Shown: piece after piece, positions 17,001-25,046 of the stretch | Numbering within the stretch: position 1 is the first letter of the stretch | How the letters are laid out: each line of letters begins with the position of its first letter | DNA from: SAR86 cluster bacterium | Lineage (GTDB): Bacteria; Pseudomonadota; Gammaproteobacteria; Magnimaribacterales; AG-339-G14 | DNA length: 64,000 bases | Direction: 5' to 3' | NCBI GenBank assembly: GCA_023703675.1 | Contig: CP097974.1 | Span: forward strand, 21,288 to 85,287 | The notes under the pieces: model-generated | Seen by the model: only the letters and a program-made list of their open reading frames with translations | Databases searched by the model: none | What the model was told of the DNA's origin: nothing | Program-made: the position numbers and the translations under genes

Positions 17001-17687
17001 ATGAAAAAAACACTTTTAATTTTAACTTCATTTCTGGCAAGTTTTGTATTTGCAGCTCCAGCGATGAACGTTTTTACAATAAACACAGCAGACCCTATGG
17101 GATACATGGAGTGGGCTAGAGCAAGTGCTCCAATTACCAGTCCTCCCTCTAACACTGCTAGTGGTGGCGTTTGTTTGCCAAGCTTCGGTTCCGAAGAATT
17201 TGGCGACATGTATTTTTACAACGTATACGACAGTCACTCAGATTCACTAAGTGGAAATTATTACGATCCTGAGGTTGCAGCTGAAATTGCAAAAATAGCT
17301 GACAAAAGAACGGTTTCTACCGTTGATCATTACTCCGCTTTAACTCCCGTCGCGGCAGATGTTGAAGTAGGCTCGACGTTCGCAAATTACAACATCAACG
17401 TCTATACCACTACACCGCAAAGATACATTCAAGAACTTGCGACTTACCAAGGCATCGCTCAGGCGAACGGTTTTGAAGATGTTACCCTAGGCGCATTTCA
17501 AATAAATACTGGCGATTACACTGGACAACTTATGGTGACTATACAAGCTCCAACTACAGTTAGGTTAGGAGAGTTTCTTGATGCGAGAGACCAAGACTGG
17601 AATATGGCTGCGGTTGCAAAATTTCCAAAGTTAAGAAAACTTAAAAGAGGCTTCATGATGACTTGTGAAGTTGTCTACGTAAGATAA
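17001..17687 (+). CDS. Exported protein of unknown function, paralog 1 of 3 (tandem ferredoxin-like/NIPSNAP-ABM-like halves)
   Basis: Signal peptide and SD aaggagag. Shares GVC ... G(D/E)M(Y/F) ... LSGNY(Y)DP ... C-terminal Cys with paralog 2. Confidence 0.7.
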   Translation: MKKTLLILTSFLASFVFAAPAMNVFTINTADPMGYMEWARASAPITSPPSNTASGGVCLPSFGSEEFGDMYFYNVYDSHSDSLSGNYYDPEVAAEIAKIADKRTVSTVDHYSALTPVAADVEVGSTFANYNINVYTTTPQRYIQELATYQGIAQANGFEDVTLGAFQINTGDYTGQLMVTIQAPTTVRLGEFLDARDQDWNMAAVAKFPKLRKLKRGFMMTCEVVYVR

Positions 17688-17701
17688 TTTAAGGAGGAAA
17701 T

Positions 17702-18397
17702 ATGAAAAAAATATTAATTTTAGTTACATCGCTAGCAATATCATTTAGTGTGATAGCTCAGCAAGCACCTGAGGGAAGCTTCACTTCCTTTCATGTCAAA
17801 GCAAGTAACCCGACTGAATATACTGAATTCTTAAGAGCAAATGCAGAGCAAGTTTTTGGTTCCCAAGGATCATATGCTGCTGGTGTGTGTATAACCGCAT
17901 CAGGACATAGTTATCCAGGTGAAATGTTTGTATGGAGTGCGTTTTCAAGTTTTGAAGATCAGCTTTCTGGAAATTACGATCCTTACAACGTCCCAAAAAG
18001 ACTCGAGTCTTTGAGAGATCTTGTTTACAGTGCTAACTGGAAGCCACTTAAAGGATTTGAGTTAAGCCCTGGTTTTGAAAGAGCAACAAGAGTCGTTGTT
18101 GCTCCAGAAAATCTACCAGCCTATATAGCTGCAGGAGTTGAAATGGAATCCGCAATCCAAAATGCAGGTCATGATTTTAATCTTGCTATCATGCAATCCA
18201 TAGGTAGTGGGCCCAAAGAAGTTGGCACCTTAATGGTAAGAGGTATTTCTAAAGATGGAGCCGCGGTCGGTCAACTTGTCGATGAGTATTTCGCTGGAGC
18301 TGAATGGGGCAGAGCCTATGATGCTTTTGTAGCTTTACAAGATTCTGTCGTTGCAGACTCTTATGAGGTTTGTGAGCAACTTTATGCAGCTGAATAA
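17702..18397 (+). CDS. Exported protein of unknown function, paralog 2 of 3
   Basis: Signal peptide, SD aaggagga, 14-nt gap to paralog 1, conserved motifs as above. Confidence 0.7.
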   Translation: MKKILILVTSLAISFSVIAQQAPEGSFTSFHVKASNPTEYTEFLRANAEQVFGSQGSYAAGVCITASGHSYPGEMFVWSAFSSFEDQLSGNYDPYNVPKRLESLRDLVYSANWKPLKGFELSPGFERATRVVVAPENLPAYIAAGVEMESAIQNAGHDFNLAIMQSIGSGPKEVGTLMVRGISKDGAAVGQLVDEYFAGAEWGRAYDAFVALQDSVVADSYEVCEQLYAAE

Positions 18398-18414
18398 TTA
18401 ATAAGGAGATTAAA

Positions 18415-19119
18415 ATGAAAAAAATATTATTACTTTTACTACTGTCTAGTGGATTAGTTTTTGCTGACGATCATGGCATGGAAAAGGACACTTACTACGC
18501 TTTCTTTGGAATCGCTGCGAATAATCCTCCTGCGGTTGTTGCTGCAATGGATAAATTCAATGCGTCAGACTGTGGGCAAGCAAGTCCTTCTTCAGTGGCG
18601 TTAATGGGTGAGGCGTTCAATGGCAATGAGCCTTCAACGCACACTTTTGTCGTAACTTACGAAGGTGCTGAAGAAATAGATGAAACGCTATCGATTATAA
18701 ATGCCTGTCCTGAGTACGCTGAGTTTCTAACCGAAATGGCAGCCGTATCAGTACCTACTGAGCAAATTTTAAACAAAGTTGTTTATGAGGTTGGTGACTG
18801 GACTCAAGAGAGAGCCTTTGCAGTTTTTGAAATGAATGTCAGAAACGAAGCCTCTTATTTAGAAGCTTACAAAAAGTTCACTGACGCTTCTGTAGCTAGT
18901 GGACTGCTAACAGGTGCTTTTGGAATACAAAGAGCAATTGCAAGTTCAGAATACACGCACTTTGCTTTCATTGGCGCAGAAAACATGACTGAGCTCATGG
19001 GCTTCATGGACTCTTTAGACATGGACAATCCAGATTTTGCAGAATTTCAAAATTCTGTTCGAAGAAACAGATCTATTGTCAGAAGAGGCATAGTCGTTCC
19101 GATCAAAGGTTGGGACTAA
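18415..19119 (+). CDS. Exported protein of unknown function, paralog 3 of 3 (most divergent)
   Basis: Signal peptide and SD aaggaga. The two halves visibly align with each other: YYAFFGIAA/AFAVFEMNV, THTFVVTYEG/THFAFIGAEN, CPEYAEFL/NPDFAEFQ. Confidence 0.7.
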   Translation: MKKILLLLLLSSGLVFADDHGMEKDTYYAFFGIAANNPPAVVAAMDKFNASDCGQASPSSVALMGEAFNGNEPSTHTFVVTYEGAEEIDETLSIINACPEYAEFLTEMAAVSVPTEQILNKVVYEVGDWTQERAFAVFEMNVRNEASYLEAYKKFTDASVASGLLTGAFGIQRAIASSEYTHFAFIGAENMTELMGFMDSLDMDNPDFAEFQNSVRRNRSIVRRGIVVPIKGWD

Positions 19120-19131
19120 GAAAGCTTAACT

Positions 19132-19162
19132 AAAAAAAGGGAGCTATTAGCTCCCTTTTTTT
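19132..19162. terminator. Bidirectional rho-independent terminator
   Basis: aaaaaaaGGGAGCTattAGCTCCCttttttt between the convergent paralog operon and rmuC. Confidence 0.8.
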
Positions 19163-20048
19163 ATTCGTCTTTCAATTCTTCGGTTCCTTTATTAAGTTCT
19201 CTTCCTAGAACGTTTATGCGTGTTTGCAAGGCAGTTACTTCTTTTACGGAAGCGTCAAGTCTTTTTAAAACTCCATCTGTGCTTTTATCGAAACTATCAA
19301 ATTGAGATTTAATTCTTCGCACAACTTCAGCTACTTTCGCTGCAGTTTCGTTTAATTGTAAATAGTGATGCCCGATTCTAATGGTGTCTAAAAAAGCAGC
19401 TAACGTATTAGGACCTTGAATTAATACTTTTTTTTCTGACAAACAGTCCTGTCTTAAGTTTTCAATTTCATCGACAAGATCAATTAGTTTTTCAGAAGCA
19501 ATATAAAGCACAGCATAGTTCGTAGTTGAATTTTTACGCAGGTATTTGCTTGCAATGTCATCGGCGTCTCTTAAGATTGCTGTCCTCAAGTCTCTCAAAA
19601 CGTTGGCTCTCAGATTTGCTTGACCGGCTTCCTGGTATTGTTTGTACTGACCTGCGTAAAATTTCGAATCGATTGGGATGGTAATTCCGTCTGCAGTTTT
19701 TACTGCGCAATCTACTCTGTCCTGATTTTCTGGGTTGATGTTCTCTTGGAATGCGTAACTACCATCGGGCAATATTTCTTTCACGATGGATTCTAAACTC
19801 CATTCGCCTAGTCGTCCCGTCGTAACATTTCCACCTAAGAACCGATTTAATTCGTTAATTGGCGTTGTAACAGATGCAAGTTGGTTTTCGATATCGTTGA
19901 GATCTTTTGAAACCGAATCAATTTTATTTTCGAGTATTTCAGTTTGTCCTGAATCTTTTTGATCTTGATCTCTTAGACGAAGAAATATAAAAATCACCAC
20001 TCCAAGCGTAAACAAAGATAAAACAAGAGTTAGTAAAGAAAAGTCCAT
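19161..20048 (-). CDS. rmuC: DNA recombination protein RmuC (short form)
   Basis: N-terminal TM, short coiled coil, then an RmuC nuclease-like core (RVDCAVKTADGITIPIDSKF ... AVLYIASE). At 295 aa it is shorter than the ~475-aa enterobacterial protein. Confidence 0.75.
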   Translation of the reverse strand: MDFSLLTLVLSLFTLGVVIFIFLRLRDQDQKDSGQTEILENKIDSVSKDLNDIENQLASVTTPINELNRFLGGNVTTGRLGEWSLESIVKEILPDGSYAFQENINPENQDRVDCAVKTADGITIPIDSKFYAGQYKQYQEAGQANLRANVLRDLRTAILRDADDIASKYLRKNSTTNYAVLYIASEKLIDLVDEIENLRQDCLSEKKVLIQGPNTLAAFLDTIRIGHHYLQLNETAAKVAEVVRRIKSQFDSFDKSTDGVLKRLDASVKEVTALQTRINVLGRELNKGTEELKDE

Positions 20049-20596
20049 TAATTTTTTACTTTAAACACTAAAGCCGACATCAATAAAATCTGTATGCAAG
20101 CTATCAAAACCCAACCAGGTATTGAGATTCCTAAAAGACTCCAAACCACTTCGGCACAATTGCCATCGCCAATGAAGAGCATGCGTAAAGCGTCTTCAAA
20201 ATATGAAAATTTTATTAAGTAGGCCAAGTCAGGCCCACAAGTGGGAATTTGATCGGCGGGGAGCGATTGCAAGTATAGATGTCGCGTGGCTGAGGCCGCT
20301 CCTCCTAGTGTGATAAAAGTTATGAAACCAAAATACCAGTTCAAACCTTGGTTATGAACTATTGCGATTAATGCCAAAAGAGCCACTAGCGCGATGGCTA
20401 TTCTTTGAACGATACACATTGGACAAGGTTCTAAACCTAATTGGTATTCCATGAAGAAAGCAAAAGCGAGCAGATATACACAGGCTGAAAATATTGAACC
20501 AAGTATTCTTCTGCGCGTGCCAAAGAAAAAAAATGCAATCTGGGTTAGAACTTTTGACATAGGTCGAATAAACTTTAGTAAATTATAACGAATCAC
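20048..20596 (-). CDS. dsbB: Disulfide bond formation protein B
   Basis: 4 TM with a first-loop CPMC motif (LEPCPMCIVQR) and second-loop cysteines. The likely true start is the internal Met at 20560 (MSKVLTQ...). Its stop overlaps the rmuC start (TAATG). Confidence 0.85.
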   Translation of the reverse strand: MIRYNLLKFIRPMSKVLTQIAFFFFGTRRRILGSIFSACVYLLAFAFFMEYQLGLEPCPMCIVQRIAIALVALLALIAIVHNQGLNWYFGFITFITLGGAASATRHLYLQSLPADQIPTCGPDLAYLIKFSYFEDALRMLFIGDGNCAEVVWSLLGISIPGWVLIACIQILLMSALVFKVKN

Positions 20597-20611
20597 TTAT
20601 TAAAAGTATTT

Positions 20612-23353
20612 ATGGCGAAACCCGAGAGCATCACCGATAACGACTCAGTCATTTTAGTCGACGGTTCGTCTTACATTTATCGGGCTTACCATGCCTTGCC
20701 GCCACTCACCACTTCAACTGGTCAACCCACTGGAGCAGTTCGTGGCGTGACTACAATGGTGATGCGAATCTTAGAAGACCACCCTAACAGTCCAGTGGGC
20801 ATGATCTTTGATGCCAAGGGTGAGACTTTCCGAAACGAAATGTATAGCGAATACAAAGCCAATCGCCCACCAATGCCGGATGATTTGAGACCTCAAATTC
20901 AACCCATTCATGATATCTGCCGTGCTTTGGGGCTTAAACTTTTTATTGTCGATGGGGTAGAAGCCGATGACGTCATCGGTACGCTTGCAACCGAGGCAGA
21001 AAAAAAAGGCATCAAAACAGTAGTCTCTACCGGTGATAAAGATTTGGCACAACTAGTGACTAAAAACATTACCTTAGTTAATACGATGACCAATGAATTG
21101 TTGAACGAAGATAAAGTGATGAAAAAGTTTGGCGTCAGACCCGATCAAATTATCGATTATCTAGCTTTGGTAGGCGATACTTCAGACAACATTCCAGGAG
21201 TCAATAAAGTTGGTCCAAAAACCGCAGTAAATTGGCTCAGCAAATACGACACTGTGGAAAAGATTATTGAATCGGCAGAAGAAATTCCTGGAAAAGTTGG
21301 TGAATATCTAAGAGAAGGCATCGAGCAGCTTAAATTGTCTAAACAATTAACCACTATTAAAAAAGACGTTGCTCTGGATTTTGGTATTGAAGATCTTCAA
21401 GTTGAACCAAGAGATGAAGCTAAAATCCATGAATTGTTTACGGAATTAGAATTTAAAACGCTTATTAAAAGTAAGGTGGATAAATCGACCTCAAAGTCTA
21501 AACCTACGGAGCCACCCGATGTTTTAAAGAAAGAACCTCCAAAATTAAAAAACATCAACGCAAGTTACGAGTGCATTCTCAAGGAAACAGAATTGGATGC
21601 GCTTATTAAAAAATTGAGCAAAGCCAAGTTAATTGCGCTCGATACAGAAACCGATGGCTTGGATTTCACGACTGCAGAATTAGTTGGCATTTCACTTTCT
21701 GCCAAAGAAGGCGAAGGAGCCTACATCCCTATTAGTCACGATTATGATGAGGCGCCCCAGCAATTGAAAAAAGAATTGATATTAAAAAAGCTCAAGCCAT
21801 TATTAGAGAAAGTGCCAATTGTTGGCCAACATATTAAATTTGATCGTAACGTCCTCTCTCAACACGGCTTGGAATTAAACAATATTGAGAGCGATAGCAT
21901 GCTGATGTCTTATGTTTTGGATTCAACGGCGACGCGTCACAATCTAGATGCCATGGCTAAATTTTATTTGAATTACGAAGCCACTAGTTACGAAGAAGTT
22001 GCCGGCAAGGGTGTTAAACAAATAACTTTTAATAACGTTGAATTAGAAACTGCGACGCATTACGCCGCGGAAGATGCTGACATTACTTTGAGATGTCACA
22101 ACGTTTTGAAAGAAAAACTGAGTCAAACCAAATCTCTTCAAAAAGTATTAGCGGATATCGACTTACCTTTGATTCCGGTGTTATCTGACGTCGAACAAAA
22201 CGGAGCTTTAGTAAATGCCGATGAGTTGAAAATCCAGTCAAATAATCTAGGTCAACGTATCAATGGTCTTGAAGAGAAAGCTTTTAAAGAAGCTGGAAAA
22301 GAATTCAATTTAGCTTCCACGAAAGATTTAAGGGCTATCTTTTTTGATGAAATGGATCTGCCAGTCATCAAAAAAACTCCCGGCGGACAGCCATCGACCG
22401 ATGAATCGGTGTTGCAAGATTTGGCGCGAGATTATGAATTGCCAAAAATACTATTGGAGCACAGAACTTTGGCAAAATTAAAAAGTACCTACACAGATTC
22501 ACTGCCTGAACAAATCTCGCCAGTGACCGGCAGGGTTCATACTTCGTATCATCAGGCGGTTACTACCACTGGCAGACTGTCTTCGGCCGACCCAAATCTA
22601 CAAAACATTCCAATCAAAACCGAAGAAGGCCGCATGATTCGAACAGCCTTTGTTGCCCCCAAAGGGCATAAATTGTTAGCAATCGACTACTCTCAAATTG
22701 AACTGAGAATCATGGCTCATCTTTCAGGCGACAAAAATATGATTTCAGCATTCGAGAACGGAGAAGACATCCACTCTGCGACTGCAGCTGAGGTGTTTGC
22801 AGCACCCGGAAAAGAAGCCAGTGATGAGGACAGGCGCAGTGCTAAAGCCATCAACTTCGGACTCATTTATGGCATGTCGGCTTTCGGTTTGGGTAAGGCA
22901 CTTGGATTGCCAAGGACGGTAGCGCAAGATTACATTGATTCATATTTTGCTAAATATCCTGGAGTCAAACTTTACATGGAGCAAACCAAAGAACGAGCTC
23001 GCGAGAAAGGCTTTGTTGAAACAATTTTCGGTAGACGTTTGTACTTGCCTGGAATCTATAGTGGCCGTACGCGTCAAGGTGCAGAGAGGGCAGCGATTAA
23101 TGCGCCCATGCAAGGTACGGCTGCTGATATTATGAAACTCGCGATGATTTCAATTCATGAGTGGCTGCAAAAAGAAAAAGTTGCAGCCAAGATGATTCTT
23201 CAAGTTCATGACGAAGTAATTTTGGAAGTTCCAGAAACAGAAGTAGCCTCAGTAGAAGCCGAAGTCTCCAAATTGATGCAAAACGCCGCGTCCTTGAAAG
23301 TTCCATTGGAAGTAGAAAGTGGCATTGCCAATAATTGGGGCGAAGCTCATTAA
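20612..23353 (+). CDS. polA: DNA polymerase I
   Basis: 913 aa with a 5'-nuclease domain (VDGSSYIYRAYHA), a 3'-5' exo domain (LDTETDGL) and pol motifs DYSQIELRIMAHLS and QVHDE. Confidence 0.97.
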   Translation: MAKPESITDNDSVILVDGSSYIYRAYHALPPLTTSTGQPTGAVRGVTTMVMRILEDHPNSPVGMIFDAKGETFRNEMYSEYKANRPPMPDDLRPQIQPIHDICRALGLKLFIVDGVEADDVIGTLATEAEKKGIKTVVSTGDKDLAQLVTKNITLVNTMTNELLNEDKVMKKFGVRPDQIIDYLALVGDTSDNIPGVNKVGPKTAVNWLSKYDTVEKIIESAEEIPGKVGEYLREGIEQLKLSKQLTTIKKDVALDFGIEDLQVEPRDEAKIHELFTELEFKTLIKSKVDKSTSKSKPTEPPDVLKKEPPKLKNINASYECILKETELDALIKKLSKAKLIALDTETDGLDFTTAELVGISLSAKEGEGAYIPISHDYDEAPQQLKKELILKKLKPLLEKVPIVGQHIKFDRNVLSQHGLELNNIESDSMLMSYVLDSTATRHNLDAMAKFYLNYEATSYEEVAGKGVKQITFNNVELETATHYAAEDADITLRCHNVLKEKLSQTKSLQKVLADIDLPLIPVLSDVEQNGALVNADELKIQSNNLGQRINGLEEKAFKEAGKEFNLASTKDLRAIFFDEMDLPVIKKTPGGQPSTDESVLQDLARDYELPKILLEHRTLAKLKSTYTDSLPEQISPVTGRVHTSYHQAVTTTGRLSSADPNLQNIPIKTEEGRMIRTAFVAPKGHKLLAIDYSQIELRIMAHLSGDKNMISAFENGEDIHSATAAEVFAAPGKEASDEDRRSAKAINFGLIYGMSAFGLGKALGLPRTVAQDYIDSYFAKYPGVKLYMEQTKERAREKGFVETIFGRRLYLPGIYSGRTRQGAERAAINAPMQGTAADIMKLAMISIHEWLQKEKVAAKMILQVHDEVILEVPETEVASVEAEVSKLMQNAASLKVPLEVESGIANNWGEAH

Positions 23354-23424
23354 CTTCTGAACTTTTTTTTCAGTCTCTAGTCTAAAAAGCATTCTCCTAA
23401 GAAATAAGGAAACTCTCTCCTTAA

Positions 23425-23458
23425 GCCCATTGATCTCCCCCTTTTTAAATCAATGGGC
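23425..23458. repeat. 10-bp perfect inverted repeat GCCCATTGAT-N14-ATCAATGGGC between convergent polA and the hydrolase gene
   Basis: Read directly. No canonical T-tract on either side, so it is atypical for an intrinsic terminator. Confidence 0.4.
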
Positions 23459-23498
23459 GCTAAGAAGAGAAAGTTTTTTTTCAAATCAATCTTTTTAA

Positions 23499-25010
23499 TT
23501 ATTTTTTTGATTCTTCTACTAGATTAACAATCTTTTCGTGAATTATGGGCGCAGTATTTGGACCCAAAGACACAACTTCGCCATAAGTTTCTTCATCCTC
23601 TCCATAGATCCAAGGAGCATCATTGTCCCATTCACTTTTTGGGATAATGTACCCAATGGAATCATTCGCTAAATTCACCATCAAGTTAAGTTTGTTGGGA
23701 AAATGACTTCGCAAATGTGGAACTTCCTGAGGAGCCAAGTCGTAATCAGCGCCGTTAGGATTTTCAATGCCCCCAACAGCAATTTCTGGATAGAGTTCTC
23801 CAGGGACGCCGGTAATAGATGCGTCTCCTAATTGTATGAATGCCACTTCGCTGAGATAACGAATAAATGGAGGTATCAGACTAAATTTTAAATCAGAATC
23901 AATAACGCCAAGCAAGGTGCCTATTGAAAGCATGAAGTTTTCTATACCCAACTCTATCTCTATTGAGCGCACTGTAAGAGATGGATTTGGAGATGCCTCG
24001 AAATTGCCGGCATCAAAAGCTTCTATGACGCTACTTGCTAAGCTATATCCATATGCGCGTGCTTTGGCATGACTTGGTTTGGTGAGTGTTTTTTTCAAAA
24101 CAGGATCATAAATTGGATCGGTCGGTCCTGAAGTCATCAAGCCTCCAATATTTCCGGTAAGCCATAACGTGGTACCACCAAGCCCAGGTTTAATTAGCTG
24201 ATCGTCGTAATAAATACCTTCACTAATACCTCTTCTTAAGTAGCCTGCAACGTCAGAAGTTAATTCAAGATTTTTATCCCAAGTAAGTTCGACGTGAATT
24301 CCAAAATTAATCAACGAACCTATGATTGAACCATCGGGGCGATTGAACAAAATCGCTCTGATGTCATCGTCTATCACGATGGGTTTTCGTTTATCTTTAA
24401 TTGGTGTGAGAGGATTTGTTGATATTAAAGCTAGGCTCATTTGGGCGGGTTCCAAGTTATCTATAGCCATTTCCAATGCGCTTATGAAATTTTTTTTAAG
24501 CCGCTCCATATAAACATCGTCAACACCGCTTTTTAAAAATTTTGGACCCCAAAGACCTTGAGTGTCTGGGCCTTCGTGATTATGGGTTGCATGCACCATG
24601 ACGTAATCTAGGCCCCACTCTGCCGGGATTTCCTCACGGACACTAAGAACAAATTTTCGCATTAAACCGATTGTGTCAGCACTTATAATTCCTATCCGAG
24701 TTTGACCGTCATCAATCACCGCCGCTACCGCCATGAGATCATCTTTAACACCCTGGGCGGCTCGTTTATTTTGAAAACCTGCCATCCACACAGCGTCGAA
24801 TTGGTTATTACCGTTGACATCGGTCCACTTATCAATGTCTGGATCAAATTGAGCGTCGTTATTTACATCTTCCCATTCATCGATAATATTGGGCGTAATT
24901 GAGAGCTCAGCAAATCCGACTTGAAATTCGTTTGCATGAAGTTGAACAGATAAAACAATCCCAAACATCGTAAAAATGTAAAGTTTGTTTTTTAAGAAGC
25001 TAGAACTCAT
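23499..25010 (-). CDS. Secreted hydrolase resembling the neutral/alkaline ceramidase N-terminal domain family
   Basis: Signal peptide, AELSITPN near the N-terminus, and a VMVHATHNHEGPD motif analogous to ceramidase ATHTHSGP. The start lies 36 bp downstream of the giant gene's stop. Confidence 0.5.
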   Translation of the reverse strand: MSSSFLKNKLYIFTMFGIVLSVQLHANEFQVGFAELSITPNIIDEWEDVNNDAQFDPDIDKWTDVNGNNQFDAVWMAGFQNKRAAQGVKDDLMAVAAVIDDGQTRIGIISADTIGLMRKFVLSVREEIPAEWGLDYVMVHATHNHEGPDTQGLWGPKFLKSGVDDVYMERLKKNFISALEMAIDNLEPAQMSLALISTNPLTPIKDKRKPIVIDDDIRAILFNRPDGSIIGSLINFGIHVELTWDKNLELTSDVAGYLRRGISEGIYYDDQLIKPGLGGTTLWLTGNIGGLMTSGPTDPIYDPVLKKTLTKPSHAKARAYGYSLASSVIEAFDAGNFEASPNPSLTVRSIEIELGIENFMLSIGTLLGVIDSDLKFSLIPPFIRYLSEVAFIQLGDASITGVPGELYPEIAVGGIENPNGADYDLAPQEVPHLRSHFPNKLNLMVNLANDSIGYIIPKSEWDNDAPWIYGEDEETYGEVVSLGPNTAPIIHEKIVNLVEESKK

Positions 25011-25046
25011 GAAAATTATTCTCTATTTTTTGAATTCGTTCTTTCT

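Noticed and set aside
16946-17237. Two minus-strand ORFs (87 and 69 aa) overlapping the 5' end of paralog 1
   Set aside because: They overlap a + strand gene that has an SD, a signal peptide and two downstream paralogs. The minus-strand translations are low-complexity and lack start context.
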